A stretch of 64,000 nucleotides of DNA from Octopus sinensis (GCF_006345805.1 NC_042999.1:22630001-22694000), one strand, 5' to 3'. Counted from the stretch's first letter, positions 1 to 11,947 are shown. The notes: a model not told the origin generated them from the sequence alone. Numbers and translations are program-made.

Positions 1-590
1 ATTAGATTTTGGAATTGATCTGGTAATGGACAAGGATTCCAGATTATTTTTCTTGTTCTTTTACTTATTTTTTGAGAGCGGTTGGGTTCATTTGTAGTAT
101 TCTCGTTTATGAGTGCAGTCTAGTTTATTTCAGATATTCTCATTTTAAAAATCATCTCTGACTAATCGTTGTGAGGACATTGGTGTTGCCTTGGCAGAGG
201 TTTGCACGCTCTGAGTGCTCTTGTTATTACCTCTGCCTTAACGAAGATGGAAGCATTGTTTTCAGTCATGTTTGTTTATTTGTCTGTGGACAAGATATCT
301 CAAGAACCACTGGATGAATTCAGATAAAACTTTCAGGAATGTTTGGCCTCATGACTAGCACAAACTGATTATATTTTGGGATTGATCCAGTACTGAACAA
401 GGATTCTGGATTATTTTTTCTGTTTCTTTACTTAATTTTTGAGAGCGGTTGGGTTCATTTTTAGTATTCTCGTTTGTGAGAGCAGTTGAGTTTATTTCAG
501 ATATTCTCATTTTAAAAACCATCCTTGGCTAATCGTTAAGAGGACATTGGTGTTACCTTGGTGGAAGTTTGTACTCTCTGAGTGCTCTTA
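1..590 (+). mobile_element. Two tandem copies (first 5'-truncated) of a ~365-bp non-autonomous Helitron/Helentron-like element
   Basis: 1-223 matches ~370-590. Copy 2 starts TTATTACCTCTGCC and copies end GGCAGAGGTTTGCACGCTCTGAGTGCTCTT, giving subterminal inverted ACCTCYGCC/GGCRGAGGT as in Helitron-N type elements. Confidence 0.55.
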
Positions 591-610
591 TTATTATTAT
601 TATTATTATT

Positions 611-830
611 GAGGTGGCAAGCTGACAGAATCATTAGCACGCTTGGCAAAATGCTTAGTGGCTTTTCATCCTTATCTGTGTTCTGAGTTCAAATGCTACT
701 GGGGTCAACTTTGCTTTTCATCCTTTCAAGGTCTATAAAATAAGTACCAGTTGAATACTGGGGTCAATCTAATCGACTTATCCTCTCCCCAGAAATTGCT
801 GGCCTTGAACCAAAATTTGAAACCATTACC
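611..830 (+). mobile_element. tRNA-headed SINE family B, degenerate
   Basis: Head GAGGTGGCAAGCTGACAGAATCATTAGCAC, B-box-like GAGTTCAAAT and core CTTTTCATCCTTTCAAGGTC..AAGTACCAG match intact copies at 39085 and 61801. Confidence 0.75.
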
Positions 831-1013
831 CTTATTATTGTCGCCATATTGTGAAGTAACGGAAACTTGGAGCTCCAAAAGTTGTAAGAATATTTTCAAT
901 CTTTCTGGTCTGTTAATGGCCACGTTCATTCTCACCGGCTGTTTTACAAGGGGTGCATATCAATATTTTTGAACTATGAGGAAAAAGCAAATATTTCAAT
1001 ATTTTCCAAATAT

Positions 1014-1660
1014 TTTAAAGTTTACCGTTTCTTTCAGTGCCATCTTCGTTGTTTATTCCATTATCCCTCAAAATATTGCCCCCTCGTATCATATATCATA
1101 CCGTATTTATTATTTATTTTCATTCTCTCTCTGGCTCTCTTTCATTTATCTAATTATTTTCCCCTAAATATAATATTCAAACTAGTTGCCTCTATGTTCT
1201 CTCTCTCGCTCTCTCTCCCCTCGTATTCCTGCCCCCCCCTCCACACACACACAAATCCCTAATTCCCTTATAAGCCTGTGGACGATCGTCTCTCTCTCTC
1301 ATTCACTCGCTTTGCCTCCAGAGAAAACACGGATTTTCAAAATGGCCAGCTAAGACTTTAAACTTCAACTGCTACTTTCATATTTTTAAGCGTTTGTTTA
1401 GATACCTTGATCTGTTCCCCTTTCGTTTCCCTTCGCTAAAACATGGCGTCTTCATGCATTCTTTTAAAGTTTACCGTTTCTTTCAGTGCCATCTTCGTTG
1501 TTTATTCCATTATCCCTCAAAATATTGCCCCCTCGTATCATATATCATACCGTATTTATTATTTATTTTCATTCTCTCTCTGGCTCTCTTTCATTTATCT
1601 AATTATTTTCCCCTAAATATAATATTCAAACTAGTTGCCTCTACGTTCTCTCTCTCTCTC
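1014..1660. repeat. Local ~200-bp direct duplication (1014-1215 / 1464-1660)
   Basis: Near-identical TTTTAAAGTTTACCGTTTC...CTAGTTGCCTCTA twice, which explains the shared peptide in ORFs 969 and 1394. Confidence 0.9.
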
Positions 1661-1813
1661 TCTTGCCCTCCCACCCCCTCCACCAATACCGGAAGTTGTA
1701 CCCCTGTCTTACTTAACTACCCCCCACCCCCACTAGCACCTATGTAGGGTTTATCTGATCATATAGCGCAAAAAATTGTGAAATGTATGCAGGTTGTAGT
1801 CTAGTGTTTCCAT

Positions 1814-4800
1814 ATGAAATCTGCCAAATGCAAGCTTTCTTTTCAGGTACATGACACGGCTGCCCCTCATCCCAGGGTCTCAGATGCCCACACCTCCCAC
1901 ACCCTCAGAGTTGGCACACTCAATGTTGGCACATTGAAATGTAGGTCTGGAGAGATTGTAGAGCTGCTTGAACGGAGACGTGTGGATGTATGTTGTATCC
2001 AGGAAGTAAGGTGGAGAGGAGGTTCCGCTAGGCTCCTCACAGGCAAGGAACACAGGTACAAGATTTTCTGGGCAGGGAACACTGACGGGGTCAGGGGAAT
2101 GGGTATACTTCTTGCGGAGAAATGGGTAGGTAAGGTAATCGAGGTAGTCAGAGTAAGTGACAGAGTAATTAAAATTAGATTAGTCCTTCACCACAGGACA
2201 GCTACCATCATCTCGGCATATGCCCCTCAACCAGGGCTACCGGAAGGACAAAAAGACCAATTCTATGACACCCTATTGCGAACTACCTCGTTGACAAATG
2301 ACAGTGACCTTCTCTTCATGGCAGGTGATTTCAATGGACATGTCGGGGGCTTCCATGGCGTCCATGGAGGCTACGGTTTCAGCTCTTGTAATGAGGAGGG
2401 AACCAGGCTGCTGGAATTCTGCGATGCAAATGACCTTATGGTCTGCAATACCAACTTCAGGAAACTCTCCTCTCACCTAGTCACCTACCGTTCTGGCAGA
2501 CACACCAGCCAGATTGACTACATCCTTGCCAGAAAAAGGGAAAGAGGGCTGATTATAAATGCCAAAACCTTTCCAGGCGAAGAATACACTCCTCAACATA
2601 GATTAGTAGTTAGCGACTTCAGGATCAGAGCTAAATGGTTGCCCAGAAGAAGACCTGCTTGGAGGAGAAGGGTCTGGAAGCTTAAAGATCCTGCAAATGG
2701 ACAGAGATTTAGAGACATACTACTCGAAGCCTTTGACGAAATAGAAGGGGATATAGCTTCACTTAATGTGGAAGACAACTGGAGATTTCTACGGGACAAT
2801 CTGCTGACAGCCACTGACCAGATCTGTGGATGGAGCAAAGTACCATCTCAACCCAGAGTAACATGGTGGTGGAACAATGTGGTTGACAGGGCTATTAGAC
2901 AAAAGAGACAGGCTTGGAAGGACTGGAAGAACGGTGGTAGCAGGGAATTGTATCAGACAGCCAGAAGGGAAGCTAGGAGACGGGTTTATTTAGCCAGAGG
3001 GGAAGCGGATAAGAAAAAATTTGCCAATGTTCTGCGCCGTGAGGATGAAAGACTTGAGGTATTTCGTGTTGCAAGACAGTGTGTGAGAGAGAATCGTGAT
3101 GTGGTAGGAGAGAAGTGTGTTCGCATGGATGATGGTTCACTTGCGCTAAATGAGGATGCAAAGAGAGAGGTTTGGAGATGCCACTATGAAAGGTTGCTGA
3201 ATAAAGAAAATGAATGGGATAAAGAGAGTCTGCCGAATGTTGACCCAACAGAGGGACCAGCTATCCGAGTTGATAGTTCCGTGGTAGCTAAGGCAATTAG
3301 AAGCATGAAGACAGGGAAAGCCCCAGGCTCATCAGGAATTACTGCAGAGATGCTCAAAATATCTGGCAGTGTCGGCTATAACCTAGTCACCCGTATAGTC
3401 AACCAGGTGATACACGAAGGAGTCATACCCAATGACTGGTGTAGCAGCATACTAGTCAACTGCTACAAAGGTAAAGGTGATGCCCTAGATACAAATAATT
3501 ACAGAGGTATCAAGCTGTTGGATCAGGTAATGAAGGTTACGGAGAGGGTCATAGCCCAACTAATTAGAGAGTTAGTTTAGATGAGATGCAGTTTGGGTTT
3601 GTGCCAGGGAAAAGCACCACTGATGCTATATTCCTGGTAAGGCAGCTGCAGGAGAAATACCTAGCCAAAGATAAGCCCCTGTACCTGGCTTTCGTTGACA
3701 TGGAGAAAGCCTTTGATAAGGTTCCCCGATCCCTCATCTGGTGGTCAATGAGGAAACTAGGGATAGATGAATGGCTGGTGAGGGCTGTGCAAGCCATGTA
3801 CAGAGATGCCGTAAGCAAGGTTAGGGTTGGCAACATGTACACAGAAGAATTCAAAGTAGAGGTTGGGATCCACCAGGGTTCAGTACTCAGCCCCCTCCTA
3901 TTTATCATAGTCCTCCAGGCAATAACAGGAATTCAAGACAGGTTGCCCCTTGGAGCTCCTCTATGCTGACGACCTCGCTCTAATTGCTGAGTCACTATCA
4001 GAACTGGAGGAGAAGTTCCAGGTGTGGAAGGAGGGTTTAGAATCGAGGGGCCTTAGAGTCAACCTAGCTAAAACCAAAGTACTAATAAGTAGAAAGGTAG
4101 GCAATCCACAAATGTCCTCAGGAAGATGGCCCTGCTCGATCTGTAGAAAAGGTGTAGGTAGAAACTCTATAAGATGTACCCAGTGTAAGCTATGGACACA
4201 TAAGAGGTGCAGCAATGTCAAAGGTAGGCTAACTGGGAAGATAGATTTTGTATGTGGCAGATGCTCGGGAGCATTGACCTCCGAAAATCTGCAGAAAACA
4301 ACTTCCGTCACTTTCCAAGGGGAAAAAGTAGTTGATAGCTTCCGTTATCTAGGTGACCAAGTCAGTAGTGGGGGTGGGTGCACTGAGAGTGTAACTGCTA
4401 GAATAAGAATAGCCTGGGCAAAGTTTAGGGAGCTCTTACCTCTGCTGGTGACTAAAGGCCTCTCGCTCAGAGTAAAGGGTAGACTGTATGATGCATGTGT
4501 TCGAACTGCCATGCTACATGGCAGTGAAACATGGGCCGTGACTGCTGAGGACATGCGTAAGCTCATGAGGAATGAAGCCAGTATGCTCCGATGGATGTGT
4601 AATGTCAGTGTACTTACTCGACAGAGCGTTAGTTCCCTGAGAGAAATGTTGTACCTAAGAAGCATCAGTTGTTGCGTGCAAGAGAGACGATTGCGCTGGC
4701 ATGGTCATGTGGCGAGAATGGATGAAGATAGGTGTGTGAGAAAGTGCCAATCCCTAGCAGTTGAGGGAACCCGTGGAAGAGGTAGACCCAGGAAAACCTG

Positions 4801-4909
4801 GGACGAGGTGGTGAAGCACGACCTTCGACCGTTAGGTCTCACCATGGAAATGACTAGAGACCGAGACCTATGGAAGTATGCTGTGCGTGAGAAGACCCGG
4901 CAAGACTAG
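1814..4909 (+). pseudogene. RTE ORF (APE - RT with inserted PHD-type finger), broken by two frameshifts (~3575, ~3930)
   Basis: APE motifs GTLNV, IQE, SAYAP, GDFN, QIDYIL, PQHRLV; RT motifs NYRGIKLL, QFGF, FVDMEKAFD, GIHQGSVLSP, LLYADD (YADD ~3962), FRYLG; C-terminal RGRGRPRKTW. Confidence 0.92.
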
Positions 4910-5530
4910 TGAAGCCATAACCCGTGGCCCCTACCTGGGACGTAGTCAGTCCACCTGTGCATACCTTCCTGCTTGTGACACTTGTGAAGACCTGTTGAGG
5001 CAAGTGAAAGTCAAATCAAAGTCAAATCGAATCAAGTCAAACCAAATCAAAATAGATGAACATCAATGGAATTTGTATCCTTGTGGTACCAGTGCCGGTG
5101 GCACATAAGAAAACCATCCGAACGGGACCGTAGCCAGTACCGCATCGACTGGCCTCCGTGCCGTGGGCACGTAACAAACACCATCCGATCGTAGTCGTTC
5201 GCCAGCCTCGTCTGGCACCTGTGTCGGTGGCACATAAAAAACACCATCCGAGCGTGGCCGTCTGCCAGCCTCGTCTGGCATCTGTGTCGGTGGCACATAA
5301 AAAACACCATCCGAGCGTGGCCGTCTGCCAACCTCGTCTGGCACCTGTGTCGGTGGCACATAAAATCACCCACTACACTCTTGGAGTGGTTGGCGTTAGG
5401 AAGGGCATCCAGCTGTAGAAACACTGCCAGATCTGACTGGCCTGGTACAGCCTTCGGGCTTGCCAGACCCCAGTTGAACCGTCCAACCCATGCTAGCATG
5501 GAAAGCGGACGTTAAACGATGATGATGATT
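1840..5530 (+). mobile_element. RTE-clade LINE, near full-length coding region plus long 3' UTR ending in (GAT)n
   Basis: AP endonuclease, RT and C-terminal motifs across three consecutive ORFs. 3' end is CCAACCCATGCTAGCATGGAAAGCGGACGTTAAACGATGATGATGAT. Confidence 0.95.
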
Positions 5531-5775
5531 ATTTTAAAGCATGGCGGAAAAGGAATTAAATATAATGTTCGATGATGGGATACGTTCCATGTTTCAGAAG
5601 CTTGAGAATACTGAGATAGCTTTGACTACAGTAAATAACATCAATACCTCACCAGCAGAAATATAAAAACTGAAGGTAATACAGTTGTGGCCAAAAGTTT
5701 GGAACATAGGTCTGAAAATTAGAATTTTTATATTGAATGCCCAAAGTTATATTTAATTTGCAATATATAGGTATA

Positions 5776-5940
5776 GGAGTGGCTGTGTGGGAAGTAGCTT
5801 GCTTACCAACCACATGGTTCCGGGTTCAGTCCCACTGCATGGCACTTTGGGCAAGTGTCTTCTACTATAGCCTCAGGCCGTCCAAAGCCTGGTGAGTGGA
5901 TTTGGTAGATGGAAACTGAAAGAAGCCCGTCGTATATATA

Positions 5941-5984
<44 letters not shown>

Positions 5985-6007
5985 GTGTGTGTGTATATAT
6001 CTATCTA

Positions 6008-6048
<41 letters not shown>

Positions 6049-6465
6049 CAAAGGAATTCCAACTCTGTTTTTTATGTTTTATTTATATTCTTTATAATAT
6101 TAATGTAGAATATATTTTTTTACTATATATTCTATATTCTACATTAATATTATAAAGAATTATAAATAAAACATAAAAAACAGACAGCTGGAATTCCTTT
6201 GAATAATATATATCCCTCTATACACAATCATGCAAACCCCTTTTTATTTATATATGTGTGTGTGTCTGTGTTTGTCCCCCCAACATCGCTTGACAACTGA
6301 TGCTTGTATGTTTACGTCCCCGTAAATTAGCGGTTCGGCAAAAGAGACCAATAGAATAAATACTAGGCTTACAAAGAATAAGTCCTGGGGTTGATTTGCT
6401 CGACTAAAGGCGGTGCTCCAGCATGGCCACAGTCAAATGACTGAAACAAGTAAAAGAGTAAAAAG
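5776..6465 (+). mobile_element. tRNA-headed SINE family A (bipartite, microsatellite linker)
   Basis: Head GGAGTGGCTGTGTGG...GGTTCAGTCCC (A/B box), (TA)n linker, tail GGCGGTGCTCCAGCATGGCC...GAAACAAGTAAAAGAG. Confidence 0.9.
6046..6204. repeat. Fold-back: ~70-bp inverted arms, ~18-nt loop
   Basis: 6046-6114 is the reverse complement of 6133-6204 with few differences. Confidence 0.9.
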
Positions 6466-6944
6466 TATATTATTATTTGGCCAAAGGTTTGGAACATAGG
6501 TCTGAATATTAGAATTTTTGTATTAAATACCCAAAGTTATGTTTGAATTGAATTGTACTTGGGTGTAACAATTTTTATTTTTCAAAAAATGTTCCAGACT
6601 TTTGGCCATGGCTGTACACTTTTTTACTGTTTGCAACTTCAAAACATTTGACAGTTCAATAAATCCATAATTCAATGGCAACACCTTCTACAATTCCAAA
6701 GAACGATTACAAGTGTAAAGAAAGAGAAAAATAAAACCAAGCAAAGTTTGAAAGAGATGCAACCACCTCTGCTGCAGCTGCTACACTAATTACAGCCACA
6801 AGAGATGCTAAAAAAGGGATTTCTTTTGTGAATGCAACAAGAAATATGAAAGGTTACTGAACAAATAGAGAAGAATTAAATGTTGCCAGACAAATTGTTA
6901 ACAAAAATGGGAGACAACCCTCAACCCTGTTGAGTCAAGTGAAA

Positions 6945-7320
6945 TCATTGTCATGGCCAATGCCTGTAACGCCTGACTGGCTCCCATGCCGGTGGCACGT
7001 AAAAAACACCATTCGAGCATGGTCGTTGCCAGTGCCGCCTGACTGGCTCTCGTACCAGTGGCACGTAAAAAACACCATTCGAGCGTGGTTGATGCCAGTG
7101 CCGCCTGACTGGTTCCTGTGCTGGTGGCACGTAAAAAGCACCCACTACACTCTCGGTGTAGTTGGCGTTAGGAAGAGCATCCAGCTGTAGAAACCTAGCC
7201 AGATTAGATTGGAGCCTGGTGCAGCCTCCTTGGTTGCCAGTCCTCAGTCAAACCGTCCAACCCATACCAGCATGGAAAGTGGACGTTAAATGATGGTGGT
7301 GGTGGTGGTGATGATGATGA
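6945..7320 (+). mobile_element. 5'-truncated copy of the RTE 3' UTR (61-bp repeats + GTTGGCGTTAGGAAG motif + (GAT)n tail)
   Basis: Same modules and 3' end as 5090-5530. Confidence 0.85.
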
Positions 7321-7451
7321 TATAGGTGAGAAACTTGACTGGTGACCGCCGTTGCTGCCATCTGCGGTTGTATTTAGCTTATAACCGTTATATCGACAAA
7401 AGAGTTGTCCAAACAGTAGAAAAATAAATATTTAATATACACGATTAACAA

Positions 7452-7604
7452 AATAGTTTCATGCTTTAGAGATACGGTAATTTGGCAGATTTATATAACA
7501 TGCCATGATATTTCTAAGCATTGAGCCTGTAAGATTGCTTAAAGGTACATAACATGTTATATAAATCTGCCAAATTATTGTATCACTAAAGTATGGAACT
7601 ATTA
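7452..7604. repeat. Fold-back: ~52-bp inverted arms
   Basis: AATAGTTTCATGCTTTAGAGATACGGTAATTTGGCAGATTTATATAACATG versus CATGTTATATAAATCTGCCAAATTATTGTATCACTAAAGTATGGAACTATT. Confidence 0.85.
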
Positions 7605-8162
7605 GTAACCCTTTTCTTAATTGTGTATATTAAACGATGTGTGATGTACGTGTGCGTGTGTGTATATCTAGGGATGTATTTATGTATGGATGGCCAGAAG
7701 AACGGACATATATTGCAGTTTAAGATTAACGCAATTAAAAGAGAAACTTTAACTGTGGTAATCTCCCTGTCTCGGAAGTTCTGGAAAAGCCATGAGCATA
7801 ACACCCTCCTCTGGACCAAATTCAATACAAAAATAGTTAAAATATTTAAAACTAAAATTAGAAAAGAACAAAACAGTCACAAGACTTGACAGTATTTATT
7901 AAAAAAACATGTATTATATTATTGTCCAGAAGATTAATTAAACACCGATGCTTTCTCTAATCTAAAAGATTAGTTACATGTCACATTGCTCGTCGGTAGA
8001 CTCTATTTTTATTACTTTTATATACACACTACACTCACTTTTTCCTTATTTACATGTCTCACTCTCTGCTCTTGTTTATCTTTCCTACTCTACGTCTCAA
8101 CATTATCTTTCTCCTCAGACATTCTTTAAGTTAGCGTCTATACATATCTCCCCACCTCTCTC

Positions 8163-8193
<31 letters not shown>

Positions 8194-8454
8194 CCTACTG
8201 TTCTTTGTCTTACTCTTACTTCTCTCTCGCTCCCTCTCTCTCATACCCTTACATCATATACATGCCATTATTAACTTTATTGTTTTATTGTCAGTGTATA
8301 TAATAAATATTTTGCATGAAGTGGTTCTCTTAATCATGGTAACCTTATTTTCTTTCATGTATACACACACATACACACGTAATATACATATATACGTACT
8401 TAAATATATATATATATATATATATACATGCACATATGTAAACATTATATATGT

Positions 8455-8487
<33 letters not shown>

Positions 8488-9120
8488 ATACATAAATGCA
8501 TATATATATATATATTCGTATACTCACACATATTTAAGCAGATGCAGCAGCATGTGTATGTGTGTATTCATATATGTGTTTCTGTGTGCGTGTATGCACA
8601 AACATATGTACACACTCGAGCGCGGGTGCGCTCCTGCACACGCACACGTATGTCAAGCATTTGTTATTGAACCCTACAAAGTCTCAAACTAAGTTAGCCT
8701 CATATAAAACCACTATCCACCATAAATAGCTCCTTATCGAAATCCTAACCCCCCTTTGCCAAAAAAAGAATAAAATCACTAAATTTAGAAGAATCATCAA
8801 AGAAATCCCGAAGAACAGTAACAATGAACAAATTCAACAACCAAAGAACAAAAACATACTACATAAAGAAGGAACACCCAATCGTCAGCTGCCTATTCAG
8901 ATATCTTGATTGTTTCCACACTAAAAGCTTGAACTACTTCATATGACTGCCAACAATGTTAAAAAAAATAGCGTCACTTGAATATACACAAAACAAAATT
9001 CGTATGTGATAGAAAACAAAGATTAAAAACATAAACAGTATTTAAAACGAAAAGTATAGCATGTACAAAATATAAACTGTTAAGTAAAACAGAAAATATA
9101 GGAGTTGTGTATTGTTTGTA

Positions 9121-9437
9121 AAGAATAAAAAGTTTTGAATGGTACAACAATGCACTATAATACAATTAATGGACTATATACCTATTGTAATTTAGTTATC
9201 CATTGTCCGATGATATTTCGGGATACAATTCCTTCTTCAGATATTCTTAGATGGAGTCGCTGCTATAATCGAGCCGTTGGAAAACCGAATATAGCAGCGA
9301 CTCCATCTAAGAATATCTGATGAAGGAATTGTATTCGAAATATCATCGCTCTATGGATAACTAAATTACAACAGGTATATAGTCCATTTTTTGTATTGTA
9401 GTGCATTGTTGTACCATTCAAAACTTTTTATTTTTTA
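9121..9437. repeat. Long fold-back (~147-bp arms, 22-nt loop) with hammerhead-like cores, probable Penelope-like relic
   Basis: 9121-9267 is the reverse complement of 9290-9437. CTGATGA..GAAA at 9317-9340 and a CTGAAGA..GAAA mirror on the minus strand. Confidence 0.85.
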
Positions 9438-9449
9438 TAGAAAATATAT

Positions 9450-10413
9450 TGTTACGAGGGGAGACCTCCGTCGAACGAAAGCTGTTACGGAATCCCTCAC
9501 ACAGGCCCGTTCGATGCAGCGAATAAGTTCGCCACGGAAACTCGGAGAGGAGAGAGAGATACAACAACAACAGCAGCAGCAGCACAGAGGCAATCGAGAG
9601 AGACACAAAGAGGCAAGGCAATTGGCTACGTTAACAACTAGTTTATATGACTATTACAATTGTTACAACATCAATTACATATCAAGATACATCAAAGCAT
9701 TTAAAAGAGGACATGCAAGTAACAACTCAATGCATCATACAGGTATACCACAGATCAAAGCATTTAAACTGTCCGGTAACAACACATCAAATTCAATAAC
9801 AACAACATTTCAAGAGTACACGTCCGGAGACAACAGTTCTGTTTCAAATCACATTAAAGTTACAGTTCAAAGGACATTAAAGGCCTATACAGTTCAATGT
9901 TCATTAAATTCCTTTTTAACAACTCTGTACACAATGTCTTTACACAGTTCACATTGCTCTTTTCACTGTCTCATTTCTTTTCAACAGTCTCTTTACATCG
10001 ATTCTTTTTTCTTTCTTTTTCTTCACATATCAATACACAATTCACGTACCTTAGTTCCTACTAGAATAGCCAATGTCTCAATATTGTACCTCATCTCTCT
10101 CAGTACTGCTAACTCCAACTTGCTAAACCTGCTTGCCCTGAATACCAAATACCGCTCCTAAATCCAACCGCTCGCCCTGACGACCAAATACCGACTGCCT
10201 CTCAATCTCTCCGGCCGGAACTGATCTACAGACTCCCAGCTCCTTATTATAAGGTAGTTTCCCTAACCCTTTCTTGACCGGCAAAAGGGGTAGGGGTCCC
10301 TCCAAAAGCCATCACTCTTCCGTGAACAAAGGACTATAACTTTTTATTCCAGACTTTTAGTCGCCAAGCCAGCAAAGTAGGTCAAGAAGTACTGTACCAG
10401 CCGAACCACAACA
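9450..10413 (-). mobile_element. Solo LTR, probably Gypsy-type, 964 bp
   Basis: Ends TGTTAC...ACAACA (TGTT/AACA inverted), flanked by ATAT at 9446-9449 and 10414-10417. Minus-strand TATAATAA (~10245-10252) lies ~30 nt before TCAGTT. Confidence 0.8.
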
Positions 10414-10580
10414 ATATTATATTATATTGTGTGTGTGTTTATATGTATGTATATATCACGTTTTTGCTCGTGGTTTTAGGATCTGCAAAGTCGAGAGCAG
10501 ACTTAGACAACCTCTTGTCCTTCCTATCCTTGGTTCAGCCGAACGGAGACAGATGGAAGGAGAGGGAGAGTATTTCTTTA

Positions 10581-10996
10581 GGATCTTTTCGGTTTGAACG
10601 GCAGTTTTTTCTAGCGGTGTCATATGAAATTGTCAGCCATAATTATGACCATAGTATCGATCTATTGCATTTCAATCTGTTTTAGGTTTAGGGTTAGGGG
10701 TGGGGGGGAAGGGTATCTTTTTTCTTCACAAATGTAAATAAACCCAATATGTTTCTTAAACGAGGGACATATTCATACGGCACAGAATGTTTTTTTTACT
10801 TCAATAGACGTCAGTGATTGGTTGAAATTGCAGAAATTGAAGAAAAAGACAACAAATATCTTACAAACTATAGAATTTTCTCTATAAAGCCATGAGAAAT
10901 AGATGTCTTATAAACATTCTACGAGTATACGAAGTTTAACATTTTTTAGTTACCTAGAAATTATGTTAAAAACTGCCGTTCAAAGCGAAAAGATCT
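10581..10996. mobile_element. MITE with ~28-bp TIRs and internal TTAGGG repeats, copy 1
   Basis: GGATCTTTTCGGTTTGAACGGCAGTTTTT ... AAAAACTGCCGTTCAAAGCGAAAAGATCT. Confidence 0.8.
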
Positions 10997-11009
10997 TTTC
11001 TTTATTCAC

Positions 11010-11740
11010 ATAAGGTTTAGAAAAAAGGGGACGATACGAGGACAGACAAAACAAACATTGGGTTCAGGGTATCGAATGAGACGAAACGTATGAATAAACA
11101 AACAATTAAAACATATACAATTAAATGAGAATGAGTGATTAACAAAATATGAAGCGGAGGACGCGGTCGACCCCACAAACCACATACTCACACTAAAGAC
11201 TTTGCTTTCTCCTTTTAAATATTCTTGTTTAAACAGGTTCTTTCACTCGCAACATACTTGCTATAGACTTCCATCTTTTACGAAACACACTTTGCGACAG
11301 GCATTTCTTCTCCAGCCTTATTTTCCGTTTCATGTGGAAAACGAAAAAGTCGATTAGCTCGAGACTGGTGATAAACATGCCTGTTGCAATTCCTTTCACT
11401 CTCGTCTTCCATACTACTTCTTTCGCCATAGCAACTACCGAGAGAAAACAGGCTCGCTCCTCCCTATTCAGGGAGGTCGGCGGAACTATCTTAATTAGAG
11501 ATTCGCTCGACAGTTGTACTCTTCTCGAATGCGACAGCAGGTGTTCGACATAAGCCCAGAGTTCAGTCACCTTGGGGCATTGCACAATCGCGTGCAGGAC
11601 AGTGAAACTGTCCCTCTCACATCTTGCACAAACCGGCAAAGGTGCACACCCATGTCTAAAGAACTTATCTCAAACCGGTAAAGCTCCTACACTAACAACC
11701 GGCTGCTACTCGTTTTCAGCTGGAGAGACTCGAGAAACGT
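11010..11740 (-). mobile_element. Tx1/L1-clade LINE 3' fragment
   Basis: Minus frame GALPV*DKFFRHG..PVCARCERDSFTVLHAIVQCPKVTELW: C-terminal CCHC knuckle of L1/Tx1 ORF2, then 3' UTR. Confidence 0.8.
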
Positions 11741-11947
11741 GAGATGAGCTGCTTTATTCAAGGACACAGTGCACCGCCCAGTTCAGAAATCAAACCTACA
11801 ACCTTACAATCACGAGCTCATTTACCTTACCCGCCAGGCTACGTGCCTACATACATATCAACAAAGTATGCACATAATACAAGGCTCCTTTCGTTGTGGC
11901 TACAGATCTGTAACACAGCAGAAACTAAATTCAAAAGGATATTTTTC

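Larger units (their letters stand above)
5682..6614. mobile_element. Tc1/mariner-type MITE interrupted by a SINE
   Basis: TA|CAGTTGTGGCCAAAAGTTTGGAACA ... TGTTCCAGACTTTTGGCCATGGCTG|TA: terminal inverted repeats with TA flanks. Confidence 0.75.

Noticed and set aside
1740-1870. 5' HDV-like ribozyme of the RTE
   Set aside because: The element appears 5'-truncated here and no pseudoknot elements were found.
9391-10161. 256-aa plus-strand ORF as a gene
   Set aside because: Runs antisense through the solo LTR and begins in the palindrome arm; low-complexity, no domain motifs.
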